Positions 17,551 to 26,878 of a DNA stretch of 51,801 nucleotides are shown one piece after another. Made by a program: the position numbers and the translations under genes. The DNA comes from Gemmatimonadales bacterium (GTDB taxonomy: Bacteria > Gemmatimonadota > Gemmatimonadetes > Gemmatimonadales > GWC2-71-9), in the NCBI GenBank assembly GCA_035631795.1, contig DASQIB010000179.1, positions 1 to 51,801 on the forward strand, read 5' to 3'. The notes below the pieces were generated by a model. It worked only from the letters and a program-made list of their open reading frames with translations, was not told where the DNA came from and did no database searches. Each line of letters starts with the position of its first letter. The stretch's first letter is position 1.

Positions 17551-18630
17551 TCATAGCGACACGCCCGACACGACTGACGGGGTCCACTCCACCATCGGGA
17601 CCGGATACCGCACCGTCGCCGCGAGCTGGCGGCGCTGCACCCTGGCGAAGAAGGACAGCACTCCCACCATGAGCAGCGGGATCGCCACGAACGCGAGCGG
17701 CAGCGAGCTCACCTGGCGTACCAGGAACGCGCTCGCCGGCTGGCTCGGATTCACGTAGGCGGTCACGGTCTCGCCGGGGTGGAAGCGGTCGCGCAGCCGC
17801 GTGGCCCACCCGTAGCTCGCCGAAATGGGGAGGGGGAGCACCTGGTTGGACACGTACTGGGCACCGTCGACGGAATACTGATAACGGATGACGGGCGTGT
17901 ACGACATCCCCTTGTCCCCGCGCACGGCCTTGATGTCCGTCTTCAGCACGCGCGCGCTCACGGGCCGCCACGTCTCAACGCGATAGACTTCCGACGCGAA
18001 GAGCCCGAGCCCCACGGCGACGAAGATCGCGAGGAATCCACCGACACAACCCCAGTTGGTGGCGACCGGGTGGCCGCTCACGCCGCCCGACACGGGCGCT
18101 CCGGCGAGCGCGCTCACCTTGACGTTTCCGTCCGCGCTGGCCCAACCGCAGAACGTGCGGACCGTGGATGCGCATGCTGCAAGGGTGCCCTCATCAGTCG
18201 TGCTGTAGGGGGTCCACGGTACGCGGTCGCCCGACTTGGTGAGAAATACGATGCGGAAGAAGGGGTTCGACTGGCGCGGACCACCGGCCGAGCGCTCGAG
18301 CGCCACGTCCTTCAGGTCGGCGAGCGGGTACTCGTCGGTCTTCCGGTGGGCGAGCCGCTGGACGGCGATGCGCACGGTGCCGGCGGCGCGATCGATCACG
18401 TAGCGGCGATCGGCGGAATACACGAGGGTCGCAATCCCTGCCAACACGAACACCGTGCCTACGACGTAGATCAGCCACGGACCTGCGTTCCCCGTCCACC
18501 CCGAGGGATCGGCGAGGCGAAGCACGATCAGGCCGCCGCCCCCGGCGACAAAGACCGCCCCCAACACGACGGTCTTGAGCGCACCCTCGTGCACGACGAG
18601 CTGCGTGGGAGTCTGCTGCACGACTTTCAC
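17551..18630 (-). CDS. Membrane protein with a C-terminal DUF3592-like module
   Basis: GTG start. The N-terminal half has two TM helices followed by a soluble segment. The C-terminal half has a TM helix, then ETWRPVSARVLKTDIK...YTPVIRYQYSVDGAQYVSN...GETVTAYVNPSQP, then a final TM helix, which is the layout I associate with DUF3592. Confidence 0.65.
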   Translation of the reverse strand: MKVVQQTPTQLVVHEGALKTVVLGAVFVAGGGGLIVLRLADPSGWTGNAGPWLIYVVGTVFVLAGIATLVYSADRRYVIDRAAGTVRIAVQRLAHRKTDEYPLADLKDVALERSAGGPRQSNPFFRIVFLTKSGDRVPWTPYSTTDEGTLAACASTVRTFCGWASADGNVKVSALAGAPVSGGVSGHPVATNWGCVGGFLAIFVAVGLGLFASEVYRVETWRPVSARVLKTDIKAVRGDKGMSYTPVIRYQYSVDGAQYVSNQVLPLPISASYGWATRLRDRFHPGETVTAYVNPSQPASAFLVRQVSSLPLAFVAIPLLMVGVLSFFARVQRRQLAATVRYPVPMVEWTPSVVSGVSL

Positions 18631-18723
18631 GGCCTACATGATACGTTCTCCGGCGAGGTTCCGCGTCCTACCTAGCGTGTCGGGACCTCGACGAGGAACA
18701 CGTCGGGGGTAACTTCACAGACC

Positions 18724-21700
18724 ATGAACCAGATCCGGTTGCTCGCCTCCCACGGCCCGCTCGTAATCGCGCTCGCATTCGCCAGTCCCTCGCTCGGACG
18801 AGCCCAGACGGTTCCGCCCGCCGCGTATGCCGCGCTGCGCTGGAGACTGATCGGCCCCCACCGGGGCGGTCGCGTGCTCGCGGTTGCTGGCGTGCCTGGC
18901 GACGCCGCGACGTTCTACTTCGGAGCCGTTGACGGTGGGGTGTGGCGCACGCGAAACGGCGGAGTCACCTGGGAGCCCCTGTTCGACGACCAGCCCATCA
19001 GCTCGGTGGGCGCGCTCGCGACCGCGGCCTCTGACCCGAACGTCATTTATGTGGGGACCGGCGAAGCGTCGATCCGGTCCGACATCACATATGGTGCCGG
19101 CGTATTCAAGTCCACCGACGGCGGCGCGCACTGGCGGTCGCTCGGCCTCGCCGACACGCGGCAGATCGGGAAGATCCTCATTGACTCCCGCAACCCGGAT
19201 GTAGTGCTCGTCGCGGCGCTCGGACATGCCTACGGCCCCAACCCGGACCGCGGCGTGTTTCGCTCCACCGACGGCGGCCGCTCCTGGACCAAGGTGCTGT
19301 ACCAGAACGCCGACATCGGCGCGATCGACCTGGCGGCGGACCCCGGCGATCCGGCGGTCGTCTATGCGGCCATGTACCAGGCACGTCGCACACCGTGGGA
19401 GCAGTACCCGCCCGATGAGGGGCCAGGGAGCGGGCTTTACAAGTCGACGGATGGCGGTGCCACGTGGAAGCCGATCACCGGGCACGGCCTGCCTGCAGGC
19501 CCCCTCGGCCGGATCGGTCTCGCCGTGGGACGGCGCGGTCGAGTCTACGCCCTGATCGGCGCGAGAACCGAAGCGGGACTCTACCGTTCGGACGATGCGG
19601 GCGAGACCTGGCAACTCGCCGGGAGCGATCCGCGTCTCACCAGCCGCAACTGGTACTTTTGCCGCGTCACCGTCGATCCCCAGAACCCCGATGTCGTATA
19701 CGTGCCGAACGTGGCGCTCCTCCAGTCGACCGACGGCGGCAAGACCTTGACCGTCCTCAAGGGCCAGCCCGGCGGCGACGACTACCACGAGCTCTGGGTG
19801 GATCCGCGGAACCCGGCGCACATGATCGTCGGCAGCGACCAGGGCACCGTGATCACGCTCGACGGCGGCCGTACGTGGAGCAGCTGGTACAACCAGCCCA
19901 CCGCCCAGTTCTACCACGTGGTCACCGACGACGCCTTTCCGTACCGGGTGTACGGCGCGCAGCAGGATGCGGGCACCGCCGCGGTCGCGAGCCGGAGCGA
20001 CTTCGGGGAGATCACCTTCCGCGATTGGGCGCCCGTCGGCGCGGGTGAGAGCGGCTACCTCGCGCCCGACCCGCTCGATCCCGACATCGTCTACGGTGGG
20101 GACACCTACGGCGGCGTACATCGCTTCGACCGTGTCACGGGCCAATCGCAGGATATCTCTCCGTGGCCCGTGTCCACGTTCGGTGTGCCGATGCCCCAAC
20201 GGAAGTATCGGTTCACGTGGACATCGCCGCTCGTGTTCGATCGCGTCGAAAAGCACACGCTCTACCTCGGCGCGCAAATGGTCCTGCGCACCAAGGACGG
20301 TGGCCTGCACTGGGAGGCGATCAGCCCCGACCTGACACGGGCGGCCGCCGTTGCTCGACAGGCGGCGACAGATACGAGTCCGACCACGATCGCGAACGCT
20401 GCGGCGCGGGGTTACGGCGTGGTCTACGCGATCGCGCCGTCACCGCTCGCCGCCGGGCTCGTCTGGGTCGGCTCGGACGACGGGCTGATTCACCGCACCA
20501 CCGACGGCGGCAAGCACTGGCAGAACGTGACGCCTCAAGAGCTGACACCGTGGAGCGCGATCAGCCTGATCGAGGCGTCGCCGTTCGACACGGCGGCGGC
20601 CTACGCGGCCGTGGACCGCCACCGGCTGGACGACTTCGCGCCGTATATCTATCGCACGCGGGACGGCGGCGCGCACTGGACGCGGGCCGATCAGGGTATC
20701 GCGCCGCAGGCATACGTTCAGGCGGTCCGCGCGGATCCCGGGCGCCGCGGGTTGCTGTACGCCGGAACGGAAACCGGTGTCTACGTCTCGTTCGATGACG
20801 GGGACCACTGGCAGTCGCTCCAGCTCAACTTGCCGGTCGTCTCGGTGCGCGATCTCGCGGTCCACGGCGGCGATCTCATCGCCGCGACGCACGGCCGCTC
20901 GTTCTGGATCCTCGATGATGTGACGCCACTCCGGCAGCTCACCGACTCGGCGCTACGCGCGCCGGCGTACCTGTTCGCTCCGGCACCGGCGATACGGCTG
21001 CGGCGCAGCGTCAGCAACGACACGCCCATCCCGCCTGAGGAGCCGCACGGTTTCAATCCGCCGGCCGGAGCCGTGATCGACTATCTCCTCCGATCGCCGC
21101 CGTCCCCCCCCGACTCGGTCACGCTCGAGATTCGTGACGCGCGAGGGGCTGTCGTGAACCACGTCTCCAGCAATGATCGCCCCACGCCACCGTCGGAGCG
21201 GCCGCAGATCGCCGACGAATGGTTGCCGCGCGCGGAGCCGCCCACGCTGCACCCTGGGTTGAACCGCTTCGTATGGGACCTGCGCTATCCGCCCCCGCCC
21301 ACGCCGAGCGAAAACCGTAACTACAGCATCGCGGTCGTGGCCGGTCAGGGGACCGTGGCCGAGCCTCAGGGTCCTCTCGTGCTGCCTGGCGAATATCAGG
21401 TGCGGTTGAGCGTCGGTGGGCAGGCCTACACGCAGCGACTGCGGGTCGAGCTCGACCCGCGGGTGCGCGTTCCCGATTCCGTTCTCGCCCGCCAGCTGCA
21501 ACTGGCGCTCGAGATCGCGAACGGCATGACGCGGCAACAGGCACTACAGGTCGGGCTGCGTGGCCTCCAGGGCGAGCTCCGGGTCGTCGGCCAGCGGGCA
21601 ATCGACAAAGGTGCGCGCGGTCGCCTCGCGGCACTCGAGCGCGTGGCGGACAGCCTCGCGCATGACGTGCGAGCCGTGGGCGGTGAGCTGGCGGGACTCG

Positions 21701-21912
21701 AGAGCGTGGTGGAGAGTGCGGATCGCGCGCCCACCGAGCAGGCGCACCAGGTCTTCGCCGGGCTACGCGACCGGTTGGGCGCCGCGTCGGAACGCTGGCA
21801 ACGAGCGCTCGCGACCGATCTGCCCGCGCTCAACTCGCAGCTGCAGCGCCAGGGCGTGCCCCCGCTGCGGGTCCCGGCTCAGGCTACTCGAGACTCGATC
21901 GGTCGCCCGTAG
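18724..21912 (+). CDS. Large secreted BNR/sortilin(VPS10)-like repeat glycoside-hydrolase-like protein
   Basis: Signal peptide, then repeated S/T-x-D-G-G-x-x-W motifs (TRNGGVTW, STDGGAHW, STDGGRSW, STDGGATW, SDDAGETW, STDGGKTL, TLDGGRTW, TKDGGLHW, TTDGGKHW, TRDGGAHW). Confidence 0.88.
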   Translation: MNQIRLLASHGPLVIALAFASPSLGRAQTVPPAAYAALRWRLIGPHRGGRVLAVAGVPGDAATFYFGAVDGGVWRTRNGGVTWEPLFDDQPISSVGALATAASDPNVIYVGTGEASIRSDITYGAGVFKSTDGGAHWRSLGLADTRQIGKILIDSRNPDVVLVAALGHAYGPNPDRGVFRSTDGGRSWTKVLYQNADIGAIDLAADPGDPAVVYAAMYQARRTPWEQYPPDEGPGSGLYKSTDGGATWKPITGHGLPAGPLGRIGLAVGRRGRVYALIGARTEAGLYRSDDAGETWQLAGSDPRLTSRNWYFCRVTVDPQNPDVVYVPNVALLQSTDGGKTLTVLKGQPGGDDYHELWVDPRNPAHMIVGSDQGTVITLDGGRTWSSWYNQPTAQFYHVVTDDAFPYRVYGAQQDAGTAAVASRSDFGEITFRDWAPVGAGESGYLAPDPLDPDIVYGGDTYGGVHRFDRVTGQSQDISPWPVSTFGVPMPQRKYRFTWTSPLVFDRVEKHTLYLGAQMVLRTKDGGLHWEAISPDLTRAAAVARQAATDTSPTTIANAAARGYGVVYAIAPSPLAAGLVWVGSDDGLIHRTTDGGKHWQNVTPQELTPWSAISLIEASPFDTAAAYAAVDRHRLDDFAPYIYRTRDGGAHWTRADQGIAPQAYVQAVRADPGRRGLLYAGTETGVYVSFDDGDHWQSLQLNLPVVSVRDLAVHGGDLIAATHGRSFWILDDVTPLRQLTDSALRAPAYLFAPAPAIRLRRSVSNDTPIPPEEPHGFNPPAGAVIDYLLRSPPSPPDSVTLEIRDARGAVVNHVSSNDRPTPPSERPQIADEWLPRAEPPTLHPGLNRFVWDLRYPPPPTPSENRNYSIAVVAGQGTVAEPQGPLVLPGEYQVRLSVGGQAYTQRLRVELDPRVRVPDSVLARQLQLALEIANGMTRQQALQVGLRGLQGELRVVGQRAIDKGARGRLAALERVADSLAHDVRAVGGELAGLESVVESADRAPTEQAHQVFAGLRDRLGAASERWQRALATDLPALNSQLQRQGVPPLRVPAQATRDSIGRP

Positions 21913-21926
21913 CCGTTCGAGCCCGA

Positions 21927-21943
21927 CTGCGGGCAGACCGCAG
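21927..21943 (+). terminator. Short GC hairpin CTGCGG-gcaga-CCGCAG after the BNR gene
   Basis: 6-bp stem, 15 nt after the stop codon. No U-tract. Confidence 0.3.
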
Positions 21944-22035
21944 AGTACCACGCTCCCCGTGAGGACGCTCACCGCCCGCTGCGGCGCTCGGGGCAAGCGT
22001 GCACATTCACCTATTCATTGACCGGAGCGTCACCA

Positions 22036-23394
22036 ATGTCCTCCGCTTCGCGGTCCCGTCACGCGGTCGGTCTCGCGCTCCTCCTAGCGCTCGTTGTCGC
22101 CTGTCGTGAGAGTCCCCGCACACGGCCACCGAGCCCACCCGTTGATCCGGCGGGCCCGAATGCCCCGACCGGGTTCGACAATTTGAGCAACGGCGTAACC
22201 ACCGACTCCATCCATCGCGCCGATCAAGAGACCTTCGATGAGGTCGAGGAGATCGGTGACGGCTTGGGTCCACTGTACAATGCCCAGTCATGCCGGGAGT
22301 GCCACCAGAATCCCGTTTCGGGGGGGCCGAGCCAGGTCACGGAGCTGCGCGTGGGACACAACGACCCGAACGGGCGGTTCGAGAGCCCCGACATTCCGAT
22401 CGGTCGCGGCACGACCGTCGTCAACGACCGGACTCTCGTCAACGACCGCGCCATCTGCCCGAACGCGCAGTTCCCCGATTCGGAGATTCAGGAGCGGGTC
22501 CCTCAGGTGGAGCACATCCGTACGACGCGGATCTCGCTCAACCTCCTGGGCGACGGGTTCGTCGAAGCCGTGGAGGATACGACCTTCGAACGCATTGGCC
22601 GTGAGCAATGCCGGAGCACGCACGGCAAGATCTGCGGGCAGGCTCTGCGAGTCCCGGTCGTCGAGGCCCCGGGCACGACCCGCGTCGGTCGCTTCGGGTG
22701 GAAGGACCAGCAGGCGAGCCTGCTGTCATTTTCGGGGGACGCCTACCTGAACGAGATGGGAATCACCAACCGTCTGTTTCCGGACGAGGTGACCAGCATC
22801 TGCAACACGACCACCGAGCCGAACGACGAGAGCGACGCGAGTGGGCTGGCCGACATCGACCGCTTTGCGCGGTTCATGCGCGCCACAAAGGCCCCGGCCC
22901 GCGACACCCTTCTCGCCGCGTCGTCGCAGGCCGTCCGCGGCTCGAGGCTCTTCGATTCGATCGGGTGTGCCACGTGCCATGTGCGGACGCTGACCACGGC
23001 ACCGGCGGGCACTGTGATCAACGGCGGCGTGGATACGGTGCCGGCCGCGTTGGGTTCGAAGACTTTCCACCCCTTCGGCGACTTCCTGCTGCACAATGTG
23101 GGCACCGGCGACGGCATCGTAATGACAATGCAGGAGCACTACGGACGGCGGGCGATGCAGCGCGTATGGAATAATTTCTCGCGACCGGCATTCGGCAACA
23201 CGCAATTCAAGATGCGGACGGCTCCGCTGTGGGGGGTGCGGCTCCGGCCTCGGCTCATGCACGACGCCGGGTCCCTGACGTTCCGGGATGCCATCGGACG
23301 CCACGGCGGAGAGGCGACGGCGGTTACCAATCGGTTTCTCCAGCTCACGACGCGCGAGCAGCTCGCGATCATCGAATTCCTGAAGTCGCTCTAG
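22036..23394 (+). CDS. Di-haem oxidoreductase family lipoprotein (DUF1111-like, putative peroxidase)
   Basis: Lipoprotein signal LLLALVVAC. Two CxxCH haem motifs (SCRECHQ and GCATCHV). FGWKDQ and LWGV segments are typical of the family. Confidence 0.82.
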   Translation: MSSASRSRHAVGLALLLALVVACRESPRTRPPSPPVDPAGPNAPTGFDNLSNGVTTDSIHRADQETFDEVEEIGDGLGPLYNAQSCRECHQNPVSGGPSQVTELRVGHNDPNGRFESPDIPIGRGTTVVNDRTLVNDRAICPNAQFPDSEIQERVPQVEHIRTTRISLNLLGDGFVEAVEDTTFERIGREQCRSTHGKICGQALRVPVVEAPGTTRVGRFGWKDQQASLLSFSGDAYLNEMGITNRLFPDEVTSICNTTTEPNDESDASGLADIDRFARFMRATKAPARDTLLAASSQAVRGSRLFDSIGCATCHVRTLTTAPAGTVINGGVDTVPAALGSKTFHPFGDFLLHNVGTGDGIVMTMQEHYGRRAMQRVWNNFSRPAFGNTQFKMRTAPLWGVRLRPRLMHDAGSLTFRDAIGRHGGEATAVTNRFLQLTTREQLAIIEFLKSL

Positions 23395-23435
23395 GAGCCG
23401 GCCTCCGGTCGGGTCACCGCCAGGGTCTAACCCGG

Positions 23436-24785
23436 CTACGGGATCTTCTTACAGACGAACTGGCCAGCCCAGTTCAGGTCGATCACCACCCCGGCCGTGT
23501 CGCGCTCGAAGCGGACCGGGACGTACAAGGCTCGGAAGAAGAAGGTGCTGTCCGACTCCGGCTCGAGAGGGAGGAAGTCGCCTTCGGGTCCGGCGAGCGC
23601 GAGGGAGCGTCCCTCTGCGCTTACGGTCATGACCAATCCGGGCCAGACCTGATACCGACCGGCGTACTGCTTGAGGACCGCCGGGCCCGGGTGAGCGCTG
23701 CTTCGCAGCTCGGGTACCCGATAGGGCTCGCCGAAGGCGAGGGCGGCGAGATCGCTCCGCATGCGATCGGTGGCCGCCGACTGAATGTTGCCGAGGATCA
23801 CGACGATGACCGAGTCCTTCGGGTAGATCGACATGTGACCTACGTATCCCAGCGCGATCCGTCCGTCTTGCTCGATCGCGTCGCGTCCCAACCAGGTGCG
23901 CTTGCCCCATCCATACGGGTAACCGAGCGCCTCGAGCCGAAACAATCGATCGTCCCTGATCGCCCGAGCCCAGCGCAGGAGGTCGGCGGCCGTCGAATAG
24001 AGAGACCCGGATCCCTCGAGCCAAGTCGCCGACATGCGCGGCGGCGCCTGCACGCCGGCCGGAGGGAATCCAGGGTCGTAACCAGTCGCGAGGCCCGGGA
24101 CCGGGCTCCCGTCGCTCAAGTCTCCCGTCTCCGTCATGCCGAGCGGCTCAAACAGATTACGGCGCAGGAACTCGCCGTACGCGAGACCAGAGACCCGTTC
24201 GATCACAAGGGCGAGGAGCGCGTACCCCGAGCTCGAGTAGGAGTCCTTCTCTCCGGGATGAAAATCGAGGGGCTTCGTACCCAGCCACGCCGCGAACTCC
24301 GCCAAGGTTGTCGGTTGCGCGCGCCGGGCGCGGTAGTCTGAGAGGGAGTGGTAGTCCGGGACGCCCGACGTGTGGGCGAGGAGATGTCGGATGGTGATCT
24401 CGCCACCGTGGGGAAATCTCGGGATGTATTTCCCCAAGGTGTCATCGAACGAGAGGGCTCCGCGTTCCCGGAGGATGGCGATCGCTGCGGCAGTGAACGT
24501 CTTGGTGAGAGAGCCGATCCCGAACCGCGTCGCGGGTCCGTTCGCAATGCCCCGCGCTCGGTCCGCTAGGCCGAATCCCGCGACGATCGAGTCGTGGCCC
24601 TCTCGGAGGACCAGGATCGTACCGCTGAAGTCGTTCATCTGCACGAGGGGCGCCACATAGGCCGCGAGGGCGTTCGTCCAGCTCGCTGGGGACTGGTGGC
24701 CCTGTGCGGGGCCGGGCACCATCAGTGGGATGAGGGCGACGGCTAGCCTGAGCGGAGAATGCGATCGTGTACGAGCGTCGCGCAT
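23436..24785 (-). CDS. Serine hydrolase of the beta-lactamase / PBP4*-like family
   Basis: SxxK motif in FGIGSLTKTFTAAAI and YSSSGYALL (YxN-like). Signal peptide from ATG 24785 (MRDARTRSHSPLRLAVALIPLMVPGPAQG). Confidence 0.85.
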   Translation of the reverse strand: MRDARTRSHSPLRLAVALIPLMVPGPAQGHQSPASWTNALAAYVAPLVQMNDFSGTILVLREGHDSIVAGFGLADRARGIANGPATRFGIGSLTKTFTAAAIAILRERGALSFDDTLGKYIPRFPHGGEITIRHLLAHTSGVPDYHSLSDYRARRAQPTTLAEFAAWLGTKPLDFHPGEKDSYSSSGYALLALVIERVSGLAYGEFLRRNLFEPLGMTETGDLSDGSPVPGLATGYDPGFPPAGVQAPPRMSATWLEGSGSLYSTAADLLRWARAIRDDRLFRLEALGYPYGWGKRTWLGRDAIEQDGRIALGYVGHMSIYPKDSVIVVILGNIQSAATDRMRSDLAALAFGEPYRVPELRSSAHPGPAVLKQYAGRYQVWPGLVMTVSAEGRSLALAGPEGDFLPLEPESDSTFFFRALYVPVRFERDTAGVVIDLNWAGQFVCKKIP

Positions 24786-24911
24786 GGCGTCGCAATCGGA
24801 GGGGAAGGTCCTTCTTGGATGCGGCGCCGAGTTCGAAGGTTGCAGCGCGTCGCGCAGACGGCCTGAGCTAGCCGCGGGGTGGCGCTCAAAACGCCACAGC
24901 AGCGACATTCG

Positions 24912-24935
24912 GGGTCACGTACACTATCGTGACCC
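24912..24935. promoter_or_regulatory. Perfect 8-bp palindrome GGGTCACG-tacactat-CGTGACCC upstream of the SH3b/patatin operon
   Basis: Arms at 24912..24919 and 24928..24935. It ends 20 nt before ATG 24956 and 7 nt before its GGAGG. Either an operator or a leader hairpin. Confidence 0.4.
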
Positions 24936-24955
24936 GCATGGTGGAGGAACGCCGG

Positions 24956-25636
24956 ATGGCTCCCGCCATACCCATCGTTTTTCTGGCCCTCGCCGGGCTC
25001 ACGGGGCCGGCGAGCCGCACGCAACCCTGCGACTCGGCTCTCAGGCGCACGAGCGCCCCGGTGCACGTGTATGACGCACCGCCGATCTTTTCGACCGGGC
25101 GCGGCTGGACGCTGGGTCGGCTGATCGCGACGCTCGCGTCGGGTACCTCGGTCACGACGTGCGAACCCCGATCCGTAGGGCTGCTCGGAGCTTCCAAGCC
25201 GTGGGTCCGCATCCGGTTCGACCTGAATGGAGCACGGACCGATGGGTGGATCTCGGGCGAGGGGACGCTTGCGGCGACGCGCGGCGGGTGGCGCGTCCTG
25301 ACCGCTTCCTTCGCCCCGGACACGTCGGCGAATCCCCTCCCCGACGTACCCAGCGCGTGGCCGACGTATGCGGTCATCTTCCTCGCGGTGTTGCTCGGCA
25401 TGGTGGCGAAGGGCGTGTTCGACCGCTGGCAGCACGGGGACCGGTTCGACATGCGAGCGTACGTTCGCAAGACGGCGCCATCGCTTGTCGTGTCGCCGAT
25501 CGTGTTCCTGACCTTCAATCAGGTCGGAGACTTTACGCTCGGCAGCGCGCACAGTGTGGTCGTGTACTTGTGTATGGCATTCCAGAACGGGTTCTTCTGG
25601 CAGACCGTGCTCGTGCGTGCCGGGGAGAAGGGCTGA
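24956..25636 (+). CDS. Membrane protein with an extracytoplasmic SH3b-like domain and three C-terminal TM helices
   Basis: GGAGG at 24943..24947 lies 8 nt before the ATG. Signal peptide MAPAIPIVFLALAGLTG. SH3b-like VHVYDAPP...GTSVTTCE...WVRIRF...GWISGEG. TM segments YAVIFLAVLLGMVAKGVF, LVVSPIVFLTF and VVVYLCMAFQNGFFWQTVL. Confidence 0.6.
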   Translation: MAPAIPIVFLALAGLTGPASRTQPCDSALRRTSAPVHVYDAPPIFSTGRGWTLGRLIATLASGTSVTTCEPRSVGLLGASKPWVRIRFDLNGARTDGWISGEGTLAATRGGWRVLTASFAPDTSANPLPDVPSAWPTYAVIFLAVLLGMVAKGVFDRWQHGDRFDMRAYVRKTAPSLVVSPIVFLTFNQVGDFTLGSAHSVVVYLCMAFQNGFFWQTVLVRAGEKG

Positions 25637-25639
25637 CGC

Positions 25640-26821
25640 ATGCCGCCGGGTGCCGATGCCGAATCCCGCTCCGGAATAGGGCTGTGCCTCTCGGGAGGCG
25701 GGTTCCGCGCCACCCTCTTCCACATGGGAGCGCTCCGGCGCCTGCACGAGCTGGGCGTGCTCTCCAAGCTCGACACCGTGTCGTCCGTATCGGGCGGGAG
25801 TATCACCGCGGCGGCGCTAGCGACCGCGCTCGCCACCGGTGCGCCGCTCGACTGGGACGCGCGCGTCGTCGCTCCCCTCCGGGCCTTCACGTCGCGCGAC
25901 CGGCGCACCGCCGCCGTGTTCGCTCGGCTCCTGCCGTGGAACTGGTTTCGGAGCGACACGGGGGTGCGCGCCCTCGAGCGTTCGTACGCCGCACACCTCA
26001 CCCCGGTTCGCCTCGCGGCGCTCCCTGCTCGACCAGCCTTCGTGCTGTGCGCGACGGACATGCAGTTCGGCGTGAACTGGGAGTTCGCGCGCGACCGCGT
26101 AGGCGACTTCCAGGCCGGGTACGCCCAACCGCCCGCCGAGTGGCCGCTCGCGCTCGCGGTCGCCGCGTCGTCGTGCTTCCCGCCGATCTTCAACCCGCGC
26201 AAGCTCCGCCTCGATCCGGCGCGGTTTGCCGGCGGGAAGTACGCCGCCGGACGAGTGCGCGACGGACTGGTCCGAGGCATGCGGCTCACCGACGGCGGGG
26301 ATTACGACAACCTCGGGCTCGAGCCGGTCTGGAAATCACGACTGGTCGTGCTCGTGTCGGACGGCGGCGCGCCGTTCGACGTGAGCCAGGACCGCGGCCT
26401 CATCTGGCGCGTCGAGCGTTACGCCGCGATCGCCCAGAACCAGGGACACGCCGTGCGCGTCCGCTGGCTGATCGACAGCTTCCAGAGCAATCAATTCGGC
26501 GGCGCGTACTGGGGTGTGGCGAGCGCTCCCTCGAGCTACGACGTGAGCTATCCGGGCTACTCCAAGGCACTCGCCACCGACGTGATCTCCCGGATTCGCA
26601 CCGACCTCGATGCCTTTTCGGACGCGGAGGCTGCGGTGCTCGAGAACCACGGGTACTGGCTCGCGGAGGCGGGGCTGCGAAAGCATGTCCCGGAATTGGC
26701 CGGCGCAAACCCGCTGCCGCCACGGGCCCCGCATCCCGAGTGGATGGACGAGACCAAGGTCCGCACCGCGCTCAGCGATTCGAGTCGCCGCGCGATCCCG
26801 TTCGGCCGGCACGGATCGTAA
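25640..26821 (+). CDS. Patatin-like phospholipase
   Basis: Oxyanion motif LSGGGFRA, nucleophile elbow SVSGGS (a GxSxG variant), and catalytic Asp motif LTDGGDYDNLG. The start is 3 nt after the upstream stop. Confidence 0.85.
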   Translation: MPPGADAESRSGIGLCLSGGGFRATLFHMGALRRLHELGVLSKLDTVSSVSGGSITAAALATALATGAPLDWDARVVAPLRAFTSRDRRTAAVFARLLPWNWFRSDTGVRALERSYAAHLTPVRLAALPARPAFVLCATDMQFGVNWEFARDRVGDFQAGYAQPPAEWPLALAVAASSCFPPIFNPRKLRLDPARFAGGKYAAGRVRDGLVRGMRLTDGGDYDNLGLEPVWKSRLVVLVSDGGAPFDVSQDRGLIWRVERYAAIAQNQGHAVRVRWLIDSFQSNQFGGAYWGVASAPSSYDVSYPGYSKALATDVISRIRTDLDAFSDAEAAVLENHGYWLAEAGLRKHVPELAGANPLPPRAPHPEWMDETKVRTALSDSSRRAIPFGRHGS

Positions 26822-26878
26822 TCGGACGCTTGGATCGTACAAGACAGGGCACCCCGTCCGCGTCCCATTTTCATCGCT

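Noticed and set aside
18715-20310. 531-aa ORF antisense to the BNR/sortilin-like gene
   Set aside because: The product is Arg/Gly/Ala/Pro-rich and low-complexity with no motifs. It lies entirely opposite a gene with ten clear BNR repeats. This is a typical high-GC shadow ORF.
23395-23435. Terminator between the convergent di-haem oxidoreductase and serine hydrolase genes
   Set aside because: Only 4-bp GC stems (GGAG-ccggc-CTCC) are possible and there is no U-tract. This is too weak to call.
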